The notes under the pieces are model-generated. The model did not search any database. It had not been told where the DNA came from and saw nothing but the letters and a program-made list of their open reading frames with translations. Below are positions 32,041 through 42,003 of a stretch of 64,000 nucleotides of DNA, piece after piece. Origin of the DNA: an uncultured Candidatus Binatia bacterium (GTDB lineage Bacteria; Desulfobacterota; Binatia; UBA9968; CAXXLF01); contig OZ244621.1 in assembly GCA_965218425.1 (NCBI GenBank), positions 2,048,001 through 2,112,000 of the forward strand. The letters are read 5' to 3'. Position numbers and translations under genes: made by a program. How positions within the stretch are numbered: the first letter of the stretch is position 1; every line of letters starts with the position of its first letter.

Positions 32041-32256
32041 ATAGGATCAAGAATTGAACCAGGGGCGGCGTGACGGAGTTGTCATCTGGTGTAAGTATCC
32101 TTAGCACTTCTGCAACGGAGGTTGAGTCATGCATTGCGATGTTTTTTTGTTGACATTTAGGTTGGGACATACTAGAGAAACTTTTTGCCAGCTTTGAGAC
32201 TACAGGTAACCAGCAAGCAGAAATTTAATTATTAAAAAAATGGGAGGTGAGAAGCT

Positions 32257-32526
32257 ATGACCAAGGCAGCATTGATCGCCGCGGTGGCGAAGGCGGCTAA
32301 GCTTAGTAAGAGAGCGGGAAGGAACGCTGTGGATGCAACCTTTGAAAGTCTCGCCCGCGCCATCAGGAAAGAGAAACGGTTTCAGGTGCCCGGGTTTGGC
32401 ACCTTTTCTGTCCGCTCGAGAAAATCGCGGAAGGGAAGAAACCCTCAGACGGGCAACGTTATCAGTATCAAGGCAAGTAAGACGGTTGGTTTCAAACCTG
32501 CCCCGTCATTGAAGAAAGGTCTGTAG
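32257..32526 (+). CDS. hup: HU family DNA-binding protein
   Basis: GFGTF, RKGRNPQTG, FKPAPSLK. Confidence 0.95.
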   Translation: MTKAALIAAVAKAAKLSKRAGRNAVDATFESLARAIRKEKRFQVPGFGTFSVRSRKSRKGRNPQTGNVISIKASKTVGFKPAPSLKKGL

Positions 32527-32548
32527 CTCTTTACAGTTTTAGGTTTCT

Positions 32549-32582
32549 GGCCACCATGACGAACCCATGGTGGCCTTTTTTT
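32549..32582 (+). terminator. Intrinsic terminator
   Basis: GGCCACCATG-N7-CATGGTGGCC followed by T7, after HU. Confidence 0.85.
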
Positions 32583-32711
32583 GTCTATAGTTGCGAACTT
32601 CTACGGAACCGTGGGGGAGACCCGGAAAACTGGTAGTCCCTGGCCCTTGATGGGGGGTCATGGGGCAAGTACAATAGGGCTTGGGCCGATTCTGCGGTTG
32701 AGGAGATAAGG

Positions 32712-33629
32712 GTGTCATCAAAAGGAAAACAGATTTGGATGGACGGTAAGATTGTTCCCTGGGATCAGGCCAAGGTTCATGTCTTGGTCCATTCGCTGCA
32801 CTATGGGACGGGTTATTTTGAAGGGATCCGCTGCTACCTTCTGGAGGATGGCCGATCCGCGGTCTTCCGATTGGCCGAGCACATTCGAAGGTTTTTTGAT
32901 TCGGGTCAGATATTGGGCTTCCCGCTTCCCTTTGGTCTCGAGGATATTGAACAGGCCATCCGACAGGTGATCAAAGGCAATGGTCTCAAGGAATGTTATA
33001 TCCGCCCCATTGCCTTCGTGGGTATGGGGGAGATGGGTCTCCATGCCCCGAGTAATCCGATTCATGTGGTGGTCGCCGCCTGGCCATGGGGCGCCTATTT
33101 GGGCGAGGACGGGATCAAAAACGGGATTCGGGCCAAAGTGTCGTCGTACACTCGTCATCACGTCAACGTGGCCATGACCAAAAGTAAAATCTCGGGTAAC
33201 TATGTCAATTCGGTTCTGGCCAAGAACGAGGTTAAACTGGCAGGTTATGACGAGGCCATTATGCTTGACACCGAAGGTTACGTCTCAGAGGGTAGCGGAG
33301 AGAATATTTTCATTGTCCGTGAGGGGCAAATCAAAACAACTCCCAATACTTCCATCCTGCCAGGAATCACGAGGAATTCTGTGGTGACCATTGCTCGGGA
33401 CCGTGAAATGTCAGTGTCAGAAGAGCGTTTTTCCCGGGATGAGCTCTACATGGCCGACGAAGCCTTTCTCACCGGGACTGCCGCCGAGGTGACACCCGTT
33501 CGTGAGGTGGATGATCGGAAAATTGGATCTGGCCGCCCCGGACAGGTCACCCTCGACCTACAAAAAGCTTTTTTCAATGTCATCAAAGGAAGAGATAAAA
33601 AGTACGCAGGCTGGCTAACCTACCTCTGA
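32712..33629 (+). CDS. ilvE: Branched-chain amino acid aminotransferase
   Basis: [44 protein letters not shown]. Confidence 0.95.
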   Translation: MSSKGKQIWMDGKIVPWDQAKVHVLVHSLHYGTGYFEGIRCYLLEDGRSAVFRLAEHIRRFFDSGQILGFPLPFGLEDIEQAIRQVIKGNGLKECYIRPIAFVGMGEMGLHAPSNPIHVVVAAWPWGAYLGEDGIKNGIRAKVSSYTRHHVNVAMTKSKISGNYVNSVLAKNEVKLAGYDEAIMLDTEGYVSEGSGENIFIVREGQIKTTPNTSILPGITRNSVVTIARDREMSVSEERFSRDELYMADEAFLTGTAAEVTPVREVDDRKIGSGRPGQVTLDLQKAFFNVIKGRDKKYAGWLTYL

Positions 33630-33664
33630 GCTCGGGTCCAATTGGTATTCAATCCCGGGCAGGT

Positions 33665-34085
33665 TTGCACGATCCATCTGGGAGCCATCCGGCCATCAGC
33701 GCACGGAAAAACATAGGATCGAAACGGGAACTCACCACAAGGGTAACTCTGCTTCCTCGGGATACCAACTCCTGGGGCACCATCTTTGGTGGAGTTATCC
33801 TGGGCCATATCGATCCGGCCGGTGGTATCGCTGCTCAAAGATACGCGTCCGGGAGGTTTGTCACTCGAGCCATACGTGAGGTGGAATTCATATCACCCGT
33901 CTTATGTGGGGGATTTGGCGAGTTTTTACGCACGAGTGATTCGTGAAGGACGAGCCTCCCTCGCGGTAAGAATCGAGGTGGAGACCGAGCACCCGCGTCG
34001 TCCCGGGGTCCCGGTCAAAGTGACGGAGGCGGAAGTGACCTACGTGGCCGTCGATGACCACGGCAAACCGGTTTCCACCAAATAG
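33665..34085 (+). pseudogene. Hotdog-fold acyl-CoA thioesterase (YciA-like), frameshifted
   Basis: [15 protein letters not shown]...EFISPV in one frame continues as YVGDLASFY...VTYVAVD in another; one extra T near 33902. Start uncertain. Confidence 0.8.
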
Positions 34086-34161
34086 ATCTGAGTTAAATCG
34101 CTTCAGAATAGGTATCACAGGCTCATGTTGCCCTTTCGTTGGGTTCAATTATATTATCATT

Positions 34162-34264
34162 GAGCTCATGGGTATTTAGCCAGGTGACCTAGCCGGCCAC
34201 CTTCGGGTGGAGCCCTTCTGAGCGCGGTTAAGGGGGGCTCTGCCTTGTTCCTGTGCCCGTGCTT
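34162..34264 (+). ncRNA. Candidate structured RNA / 5' leader of archease-rtcB
   Basis: Closing stem 34167-74/34254-61, CCACC-TTCG-GGTGG hairpin, 10-bp hairpin 34210-19/34231-40, possible pseudoknot; no family recognised. Confidence 0.4.
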
Positions 34265-34290
34265 TTCAGGACTCACTCCTTGGATGTCTT

Positions 34291-34704
34291 ATGGCTACAC
34301 GGGAAATCGATCACACAGCGGATCTTGGGCTAGAGGTGCAAGGGCTAGACCTGCCGACTCTTTTTTCATCCGGGGGACAGGCCCTGTATAGAATTCTTGT
34401 GGACATCAAAGGAGTGAGGCCAGAGCAAGAAGTGGTCGTATCGGCCAAGGGTGAAGGTTGGGGGGAGCTCTTCCATGCTTGGTTGCGCGAGCTCTTGGCT
34501 CAGTTTAACCTCCACGGCTTTGTGGGAAGACAATGTGAGATCATAAGCCTCCATGAAGGTGCAGTGGAGGGTCTGGTAAAAGGAGAGAGATTGGATCTCA
34601 GACGGCATCGTTTTCATACTGAGATCAAAGGCGTCACTTATCATGATTTCAGAGTATGGAAGGAAAAAGGTCGCTGGCGGGCCAGGGTGATCTTTGATGT
34701 CTAG
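34291..34704 (+). CDS. Archease
   Basis: DHTADLG and TEIKGVTYH...FDV; directly upstream of rtcB. Confidence 0.93.
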   Translation: MATREIDHTADLGLEVQGLDLPTLFSSGGQALYRILVDIKGVRPEQEVVVSAKGEGWGELFHAWLRELLAQFNLHGFVGRQCEIISLHEGAVEGLVKGERLDLRRHRFHTEIKGVTYHDFRVWKEKGRWRARVIFDV

Positions 34705-36166
34705 AAAAGAGTCAACGACAAAAGAGCCCGTAGGACTCGAGCGAATTGGGGAGTGCCTCTGGGAGATCCCGCGCCGGGGAAAAATGAGGGTGCCTGGAAG
34801 GATCTTCGCGAGCGAAGAACTCCTGCCGAGTCTCAAGGATGACAATAGCCTGCGCCAGGTCATGAATGTGGCGAGCCTGCCTGGAATTGTGGGCTATTCG
34901 ATGGCCATGCCGGATATTCACTGGGGCTACGGGTTTCCCATCGGAGGTGTGGCCGCCATGGATTTGAAAGACGGCGTTATCTCACCCGGGGGCGTTGGCT
35001 ATGACATCAACTGTGGAGTCCGGTTGGTCAGGACGAACTTGGTTTTCAGTGAAATCGAAACAAAGTTGACATTCCTGATGGACTCTCTTTTTTCTCTGAT
35101 TCCCTCGGGAGTGGGTTCCGAAGGGGCTATCCCGAAAATTTCCAAAGACGAAGAAAAGCGATTGCTACGCCAAGGGGCGCGTTGGGCGGTGGAGCGGGGA
35201 TATGGGCGAGAGGAAGATCTCGAATGCATGGAAGACGAGGGGGCCCTCAAACTAGCGGATGCGGAGCTCATCAGTGAGCGTGCGTTGGAGCGGGGAGTCA
35301 AGCAGGTTGGCACCCTGGGTTCCGGGAATCACTTTCTTGAGGTGGGCAAGGTTGAAGAGATCTATATGACCCGGGAGGCAGAGACGTTGGGCCTTTTTCC
35401 CGAGCAGGTGGTGGTCCTCATTCATACGGGTTCCCGCGGCTTGGGTTACCAGACCTGCGAGGACTCCCTCAAGATAATGAGTAAAGCCGCCGTGAAGTAC
35501 GCCATTGAGCTCCCTGATCGTCAGCTGGCCTGCACTCCCCTGCAGTCTCCCGAAGGTGAAGATTACATGGCCTCCATGGCCTGTGCCGCCAATTACGCTT
35601 GGGCTAACCGCCAGGTGATTATGAGTCACGCGGAAAATGCGTTCCTTAAGGTTTTTGGGATCAGCCCTCGGGAACTGGGATTTTCACTTATTTATGACGT
35701 GTGTCATAATATCGCTAAGATTGAAGAGCATCAGGTGCAGGGAGAAACCCGTCGTGTCTGTGTCCATCGCAAGGGTGCCACAAGGGCGTTCCCGCCGGGC
35801 CACTCCTCAATTCCAAAAGCCTACCGGACCATCGGACAACCGGTCCTTGTTCCAGGTGATATGGGCCGCTATTCTTATCTCCTAGTGGGGACGCAGGAGG
35901 CCATGAGGTCGAGCTTTGGCAGCACTTGCCACGGGGCTGGGCGGGTCATGAGCCGAGCTCAATCCAAGCGGGTTAGCCGCAGCCTGAACGTCGACCAGGA
36001 GATGAAACGCTGGGGTGTGGTGGCACGGTACCAGGGACGGGCCACCATGGCCGAGGAGATGCCCCACGCTTACAAAGACGTGGCGGCTGTGGTAGAAACT
36101 ATGGACCGAGCGGCCATATCGAAAAAGGTCGCTCGATTTCGCCCCATTGGGGTGATCAAAGGCTAA
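34697..36166 (+). CDS. rtcB: RNA ligase RtcB (archease-dependent, archaeal/eukaryal-like type)
   Basis: MPDIHWGYGFPIG, GYDINCG, GSGNHFLE, IHTGSRG, HN, HRKGAT, HGAGR, EEMPHAYK. Confidence 0.96.
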   Translation: MSRKESTTKEPVGLERIGECLWEIPRRGKMRVPGRIFASEELLPSLKDDNSLRQVMNVASLPGIVGYSMAMPDIHWGYGFPIGGVAAMDLKDGVISPGGVGYDINCGVRLVRTNLVFSEIETKLTFLMDSLFSLIPSGVGSEGAIPKISKDEEKRLLRQGARWAVERGYGREEDLECMEDEGALKLADAELISERALERGVKQVGTLGSGNHFLEVGKVEEIYMTREAETLGLFPEQVVVLIHTGSRGLGYQTCEDSLKIMSKAAVKYAIELPDRQLACTPLQSPEGEDYMASMACAANYAWANRQVIMSHAENAFLKVFGISPRELGFSLIYDVCHNIAKIEEHQVQGETRRVCVHRKGATRAFPPGHSSIPKAYRTIGQPVLVPGDMGRYSYLLVGTQEAMRSSFGSTCHGAGRVMSRAQSKRVSRSLNVDQEMKRWGVVARYQGRATMAEEMPHAYKDVAAVVETMDRAAISKKVARFRPIGVIKG

Positions 36167-36226
36167 CCAAGCCAATTTGATATTCGTTGAATTTTGGATT
36201 ACTGAATCCGGGTAAAGATGACTCGC

Positions 36227-36495
36227 GTCCTTCGAGAACCTCAGGACCCCGAGGGGAATCGAGAGGCAAAGACGCTAAGGGCGCAAGGATAGACATCATT
36301 ACAAACTCGAAATTTGAAACAAATCCAAATGATCAAAATATATAAATTTCCAAACGATCCCGTTTCGGATTTTGATTTTTTTTAGGTTTGGCCGGTTCGG
36401 TTTGTTTGAGATTTCGAGCTTCGGATTTCGGATTTTAGTTCGGGGGCATTTCAGCGCAAATAGCTTTGTTGAAGTTCTTTCGTAGAAAATTTTAT
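36227..36495. repeat. Mosaic of miniature palindromic/heptamer repeats (REP/MITE-like)
   Basis: Inverted repeat 36306-23/36401-18 (16 of 18 match); 7-bp periodic TTTCGAG-CTTCGGA-TTTCGGA; related copy at 48447-48680. Confidence 0.6.
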
Positions 36496-36566
36496 CCATA
36501 AGAATCTTGGGAACGAACCTGCGTAAATTTCGTTTATAACTAGAAAAAATGTAGGAGGAGAAGGAG

Positions 36567-36839
36567 ATGACCTATATTATTGCGGAGCCTTGCGTGGACG
36601 TCAAAGACGCGGCCTGCGTGGATGTATGTCCGGTGGATTGCATTCACCCGACCAAGGATGAGACAGAGGAATTTGAAGAAGTAAAGATGCTTTACATCGA
36701 TCCTGAGGAATGCATCGATTGTGGAGCCTGTGAGCCCGTTTGTCCCGTGGAGGCAATCTTTGAAGAGGCCGCAACACCAGAGAAGTGGAAAAACTACATT
36801 GAAATAAATTCAGAGTGGTACCAGAAGAAAAAAGGCTGA
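36567..36839 (+). CDS. Ferredoxin (7Fe/8Fe FdxA type)
   Basis: [17 protein letters not shown] and [12 protein letters not shown]. Confidence 0.93.
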   Translation: MTYIIAEPCVDVKDAACVDVCPVDCIHPTKDETEEFEEVKMLYIDPEECIDCGACEPVCPVEAIFEEAATPEKWKNYIEINSEWYQKKKG

Positions 36840-36912
36840 GAGCGTTTGCTCAGCAACTCTCCGACCTGCCCATCTGAAGCCCCCATTAAAAACACATGCT
36901 AATTGGAGCCCG

Positions 36913-37761
36913 TCATTGGACGTGGCTCCAGGCGTGGTAGGAACTGCGCACCAACGGCCCCGATTCCACGTGCCGAAAGCCGAGCTTTTCTGCCTTCGTC
37001 TTGAGTTCCTGAAACTCATGGGGGAAAACGTACCTTTCCACCTTCAGCTGATCTGTGGAAGGTCGAAGGTACTGCCCCAGGGTGACGATATCACAGTTCA
37101 TCTGCCTCAGATCCTGGAGGGTGACCATAACCTCTTCAAGGGTCTCGCCCACCCCCAGCATCAATCCCGACTTGGTTAGTATTCCTTCCCGCATTTCTTT
37201 GGCGGCCTTTAGGATGTCCAGCGAACGCCGGTAACAGGACCCCGGCCTAACCTTTTTGTAGAGTCGAGGAACGGTCTCGATATTATGGTTCAGTATATTG
37301 ATCCCTGAGCGAACCACTGTCTCTAGGGCACGCCGGTCTCCCTTGAAATCTGGAATGAGCACTTCCACACGAATCCCGGGATTAAGGTTTTTGATCCAAA
37401 AGACAGTCTTGGCAAAATGGGTTGAGCCTCCGTCGGGAAGATCGTCCCTGTCCACGGACGTCACCACAATATGGCCTAAGCCAAGGTCTTTGACCGCAAG
37501 GCCGACTTTTCGAGGTTCTTCCGGGTCCAAAAGGCTCGGCTTGCCTTTGCTGATGGCGCAAAAGCGGCAGCCGCGGGTGCAAATATCTCCGAGGATCAGG
37601 AACGTGGCGGTGTTGTGCTCCCAGCATTCACCTGCGTTGGGGCAATGTGCCTCTTCGCAGACGGTGTGGAGGTTGTGCTTTCTCAGAATTCGCTTGAGGC
37701 GGAGGTAGTGGGCGCTGCCCGGGGCTTTGACTTTGATCCAATCCGGATGTCTTCGTGGCAT
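36913..37761 (-). CDS. lipA: Lipoyl synthase
   Basis: CEEAHCPNAGEC, CTRGCRFC, RSSY. Confidence 0.97.
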   Translation of the reverse strand: MPRRHPDWIKVKAPGSAHYLRLKRILRKHNLHTVCEEAHCPNAGECWEHNTATFLILGDICTRGCRFCAISKGKPSLLDPEEPRKVGLAVKDLGLGHIVVTSVDRDDLPDGGSTHFAKTVFWIKNLNPGIRVEVLIPDFKGDRRALETVVRSGINILNHNIETVPRLYKKVRPGSCYRRSLDILKAAKEMREGILTKSGLMLGVGETLEEVMVTLQDLRQMNCDIVTLGQYLRPSTDQLKVERYVFPHEFQELKTKAEKLGFRHVESGPLVRSSYHAWSHVQ

Positions 37762-38396
37762 AGCTTACCAATCCCTGCGTAACGAAATCGCGTGATGAAG
37801 CATTCGATGAAAGCCTCCTTTACCTTTTCCAGGTCAACCTCTTCTCCTAACTCGCGGTTCATGGATGTGACTTCGGCCCAGGGGAGACCACAGGGGATAA
37901 TCCGTTTGAAGTAAGTGAGATCGGAATTCACGTTTAAAGCTGCCCCATGATAGGTGACGCCCCTGCGCACGGCAATGCCAATGGAGGCGATTTTTTTGTT
38001 TTCAATCCATACCCCTGTCCAGGGATGACGCCTGGTGGCCGAGATGCCGAATGCCTTAAGTGTCTGGATGAGCGTCGTTTCGAGATTACGAAGGTAGGTG
38101 TGAACCTTTCTTCGAAGAGTGGATTTGAGGTCCACCAGGGGATAGACCACCAACTGGCCGGGACCGTGATAGGTGATGTCTCCTCCCCGGCCGGTTGAGT
38201 GAACGGGCACCTCACCCGGATCCAGTAGATTTTTCACTTTGCCCCCAAGGCCAATGGTATAAACATGAGGATGCTCGACCAACAGGAGGGTGTCTGCAAG
38301 TTGACCGCTCTGCTTCTGTTTGAGGAGATTTTCCTGAACAGACCGCGCGGCCGCATATTCCAACTGGCCAAGGTCATTGACGAGAAGTGTTTGCAT
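37683..38396 (-). CDS. lipB: Octanoyltransferase
   Basis: EHPHVYTIG, RGGDITYHGPGQ, KIASIG, IIPCG; 3' end overlaps the lipA start. Confidence 0.94.
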   Translation of the reverse strand: MQTLLVNDLGQLEYAAARSVQENLLKQKQSGQLADTLLLVEHPHVYTIGLGGKVKNLLDPGEVPVHSTGRGGDITYHGPGQLVVYPLVDLKSTLRRKVHTYLRNLETTLIQTLKAFGISATRRHPWTGVWIENKKIASIGIAVRRGVTYHGAALNVNSDLTYFKRIIPCGLPWAEVTSMNRELGEEVDLEKVKEAFIECFITRFRYAGIGKLCHEDIRIGSKSKPRAAPTTSASSEF

Positions 38397-38547
38397 CAAA
38401 TTAGGACCACAGGAAACCAAGGATTGTGTAACCTAAATCATGTCGTGGAAAAATTGCAACAATTGCGTGTTCTCGTCGTGCAATGCAGCAACCCACCCCA
38501 AACGGAAGGGAAGCTATGGGAGGGAGATTGGATGTTCGAGGGGGAGC

Positions 38548-39483
38548 CTACATCAACTCTTTGATCAGGGACTTGGCGTCTTCTTGGGAGATTCCCAATG
38601 AGCGACGTGCCATGGGCCCATCCGCCAGGACCGGTTCGAGCTGATCCAGCGCGGGTAAATCCTCGCGCTTCCAGAATAGCCCTATGGGGATCTCATCGCC
38701 CCACATGTAGGCCTTTTCCATTGCGGCCTTGAAATCTTGTGGGTCGTGTCCCATATCTTCGAGCTTTCGGGCGCGCTGTTTGAAAAAATCATGTCCGTTG
38801 TCAAGGTTGTAGGTTACGCAGGGGCTGAAGGCGTCGATGAGGGCAAAGCCTCTGTGCTCAATGCCTCCCTTGATAAGTTCGGCCAGGTGTTTGACCTGAC
38901 CCGTGTAACCTCGGGCGACGTATGTGGCCCCAGCCGCAATGGCGAGGGGAATCGGATTGATTGGATTCTCTACGCTTCCAAACGGTGTGCTTTTGGTGCT
39001 CATTCCCTTGATGCTGGTAGGCGAGATCTGGCCAGTGGTCAAACCATAAATTTGGTTGTCCATGACGATGTAGGTCAAATCCGCGTTTCGTCGCATGGTG
39101 TGAACGAAGTGGTTGCCCCCGATGCCATATCCATCACCGTCTCCGCCGGCGGCGATGATCTTGAGTTTGTGATTGGCCAACTGGGCGCCCGTGGCCACCG
39201 CCAGGGCTCGTCCATGGAGAGTGTGCATGCCATAGGCGTTGACGTAACCTGGCAAGTTCGATGAGCAGCCAATGCCGCTCACGGTCATCACCTCGTGGGG
39301 GTGAAGCCCCAACTCCACGATGGCTTGTTTAAGGGCGACGAGCACTCCGAAGTCGCCGCATCCGGGGCACCAGTCGGGTTCAACCAATCCTTTGAAATCT
39401 TTGACGGTTAGTTTGGGCCGTTGCAGTTGCGACCCTGTCGGCCCCCCTGCTCTGCTTTCAATTTCTGCCATGGGCGTGCTCAT
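38548..39483 (-). CDS. 2-oxoacid:ferredoxin oxidoreductase beta subunit
   Basis: WCPGCGDF, SGIGCS, HGR, GGDGD, YGLTTGQ, SPCVTYN. Confidence 0.94.
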   Translation of the reverse strand: MSTPMAEIESRAGGPTGSQLQRPKLTVKDFKGLVEPDWCPGCGDFGVLVALKQAIVELGLHPHEVMTVSGIGCSSNLPGYVNAYGMHTLHGRALAVATGAQLANHKLKIIAAGGDGDGYGIGGNHFVHTMRRNADLTYIVMDNQIYGLTTGQISPTSIKGMSTKSTPFGSVENPINPIPLAIAAGATYVARGYTGQVKHLAELIKGGIEHRGFALIDAFSPCVTYNLDNGHDFFKQRARKLEDMGHDPQDFKAAMEKAYMWGDEIPIGLFWKREDLPALDQLEPVLADGPMARRSLGISQEDAKSLIKELM

Positions 39484-39492
39484 GATTTCTCC

Positions 39493-41280
39493 TCAAACTG
39501 TAATCTCGTGAACCGGTACATACTGCGTGGATTTGCCGGCAAGAATCTTTTTCACCCCGTCCACAATATGATGGGGCATGAATGGCTCGCCGTCGTACTT
39601 CCGGATGTGGCCATCCGCCTCGATGCCGGTCTCTGACCTGAGATACCTGGCAAATTGGCCGCTATAGTTGTTTTCGACGATGATGGTTTTTTTACTCTTG
39701 GAAAGAATCGAGACGATTGCCTTGGCATGAAGGGGAACGATCCACTTGATTTGAAGATGGTTGGCGACGATCTTTTCTTCTTTGAGTTGCTCCCATGCTT
39801 CGCGCATGACACCTTCGGTGGATCCCCACCCAACCAGGGTTACATTGGCTGTGGCGGGTCCGAACAGTTTGGGCGCCTTCAGCAGCGGAAGAACCCCCTT
39901 CATTTTACGCATGCGTTTCTCGTGGCTGGCCTGCCGCTTGTGGGGATTGGTGAATTCATCACTGATGAGCACGCCGTCTTCATCGTGATCATCGGTGGCC
40001 ACCACATGGACATAGCCGGGTGTTCCAGGAAGGGCGCGCGGCGATATGCCGCTCTTAGTGAGGAGGAAACGCTTATACCCGCCGTTCGCCGCAGGCGTAC
40101 TACCGTTGAGTCCAATGACTTCACCACGGTCGATGGGGACGTTGAAGTCTAAGTCTGCGGGATCCACGCTGGACCGCCCTTCGGAAAGGAGGAGATCGGT
40201 GAGGATAATGCCTGGGCATTGAAATTTGTCCACCAGATTGAAGAGCTGGGGGACTGTTTTGAAACAATCGGGGATATTGGTTGGTGCAACGATGATTCTA
40301 GGATAGTCTCCCTGACCGGCCCCCAACGCCTGCCAGAGATCACCTTGCTCGGTCTTCGTGGGAACGCCGGTGGCCGGGCCCGCTCGTTGGACATTGATGC
40401 AGACTAGAGGGATCTCCATCATTGATGCTGAGCCGAGTCCTTCGGTCATGAGGGCGAAACCGCCCCCCGAGGTGGCGCACATGGCACGGCAGCCTGCGTG
40501 TGCGGCACCCGTTGCCATATTGACAACTCCCAGTTCGTCTTCCACCTGCCGCACCATGATCCCCAACTGGCGGGCGTGTCGTGCCATCCAGTGGAGAACT
40601 CCGGTTGAAGGACTCATGGGATAGGCGCAGTAAAATTTCACACCAGCCGCCGCACCGCCCATGGCCAGGGCTTGATTGCCCTCGAAAAACGCGAGCTTTT
40701 TGCCGGTATCAGGCAGGGTAAAGGGAAACGGTTTGAAATGTCGAGCGGAATAATCGTAACCTGCCCGCGCCACCCCGACGTTTTCATCCACCACAGCCTG
40801 CCCTTTTCTTTTGAATTGGAGGGTGAGGATCTCCTCGAGGATACTGAAGTCAACCCCGATGAGTTGTAGGACGGCGGAAAGGGCAATGGTGTTTTGGACC
40901 AAGTCTCCCTTAATGGCAGGAGCCAGTTCCTTGACCGAGAAGGGACAGAGCTGTGCTCCTTCGTTGGGGGTTCCCGGTTTGATTTTGTCGCTGTTGAAGA
41001 GGATCGTGGATCCCGACTTCATGAGTCTGAGATGGCGATCCATGGTGTCCTGGTTTAAGGGAATCAGCACGTCGAGTTTGTCTCCCATGCTGAGCACGGG
41101 TTTGTCGCTGGTACGGAGCGTCAGAAAGATATGGCCGCCGCGAATAATTGACTGGTAGGCGTTGTAAGCGTTTAGGTGAAGTCCGCGGCGTACGAAAATC
41201 CGTGCCAGGATATCTCCAGGCGTTGCAATTCCCTGTCCGGCCGCGCCGCCGATTGCAATGGCAAGATCAACTTTGCTCAT
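39493..41280 (-). CDS. 2-oxoacid:ferredoxin oxidoreductase alpha subunit (gamma-fused)
   Basis: GGAAGQG, YPMSP, EDE, TSGGG, QRAGPATG, VENNYSGQ. Confidence 0.94.
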   Translation of the reverse strand: MSKVDLAIAIGGAAGQGIATPGDILARIFVRRGLHLNAYNAYQSIIRGGHIFLTLRTSDKPVLSMGDKLDVLIPLNQDTMDRHLRLMKSGSTILFNSDKIKPGTPNEGAQLCPFSVKELAPAIKGDLVQNTIALSAVLQLIGVDFSILEEILTLQFKRKGQAVVDENVGVARAGYDYSARHFKPFPFTLPDTGKKLAFFEGNQALAMGGAAAGVKFYCAYPMSPSTGVLHWMARHARQLGIMVRQVEDELGVVNMATGAAHAGCRAMCATSGGGFALMTEGLGSASMMEIPLVCINVQRAGPATGVPTKTEQGDLWQALGAGQGDYPRIIVAPTNIPDCFKTVPQLFNLVDKFQCPGIILTDLLLSEGRSSVDPADLDFNVPIDRGEVIGLNGSTPAANGGYKRFLLTKSGISPRALPGTPGYVHVVATDDHDEDGVLISDEFTNPHKRQASHEKRMRKMKGVLPLLKAPKLFGPATANVTLVGWGSTEGVMREAWEQLKEEKIVANHLQIKWIVPLHAKAIVSILSKSKKTIIVENNYSGQFARYLRSETGIEADGHIRKYDGEPFMPHHIVDGVKKILAGKSTQYVPVHEITV

Positions 41281-41776
41281 GGTTGTTTCCTTCAAATAGC
41301 GACCGATTTCCAGTGCAGGAGGCCGGTCCCTTCTCGTTAATACAATTTTGAATGAATACGTTCACTAGCCGTAGGCGGGTCCTAAATAGTTGGTAGTCTT
41401 TCCCACCGCTCTATCCCCAGGGAAACCGTAACCGCCCCGATAACCAACCTGTTAGCTTATAGCACTAAATTCGGTAAGCCCCAACAACTTTAGGGCCCGT
41501 TTTCAGGCACTTCCCATTCTTTATTCCTGATGGCTTACTTTTTCAAGGGGAATCGACGAAAACTTAATTATATTTACACTAACGCGAGGCGTGATGGTTA
41601 GGTTCCCTGCCTGTGGATAACTAACCAATTTAGCCCTCGTTGTCGCTATATCCTTAGCAGGGAAAGAAAGTATCACGATCCACCTTTGCAAGCCTACTTC
41701 GCCCTTTGCTCCTTGACTTGGTAGTTTGGCGGGATTATTTAGAAGTTTAAATCCGATTAGGAAAGAAGATCTATTT

Positions 41777-41980
41777 ATGACCGGAACGATTAAGAAACTG
41801 GCGCGGGATAAAGGTTTTGGCTTCATTGTCCCCGATGATGGCGGCGATGATGTGTTTTTTCATCGGGGCAGTCTAGCTCCTAGAGGCCAATTTGAGGATA
41901 TCGACGAGGGGGACAGCGTACAGTTTCAGACTCGTAAAGGTGAAAAAGGTCCGGTGGCTTTTGATTTAAAAGTTCGATAG
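41777..41980 (+). CDS. Cold-shock domain protein
   Basis: MTGTIK...KGFGFI...DVFFH (RNP1/RNP2). Confidence 0.93.
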   Translation: MTGTIKKLARDKGFGFIVPDDGGDDVFFHRGSLAPRGQFEDIDEGDSVQFQTRKGEKGPVAFDLKVR

Positions 41981-42003
41981 CAAACGCCAAAGGAGGCTTA
42001 GCC

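Noticed and set aside
34162..34264. Assignment to SRP RNA, 6S RNA, YrlA or a known riboswitch
   Set aside because: Lacks the SRP GGAA domain IV, the 6S length and central bubble, a T-arm GTTCRA, and any aptamer consensus I recognise.
36300..36440. Possible CRISPR array or small ORF (36299..36499)
   Set aside because: No repeat-spacer periodicity and no cas genes; the ORF is a translation of the heptamer repeat.
41612..41620. Perfect DnaA box (TGTGGATAA) in the OFOR alpha-csp intergenic region, possible oriC
   Set aside because: Only one perfect box was seen; about 0.5 are expected by chance in 64 kb on both strands; no dnaA/dnaN context.
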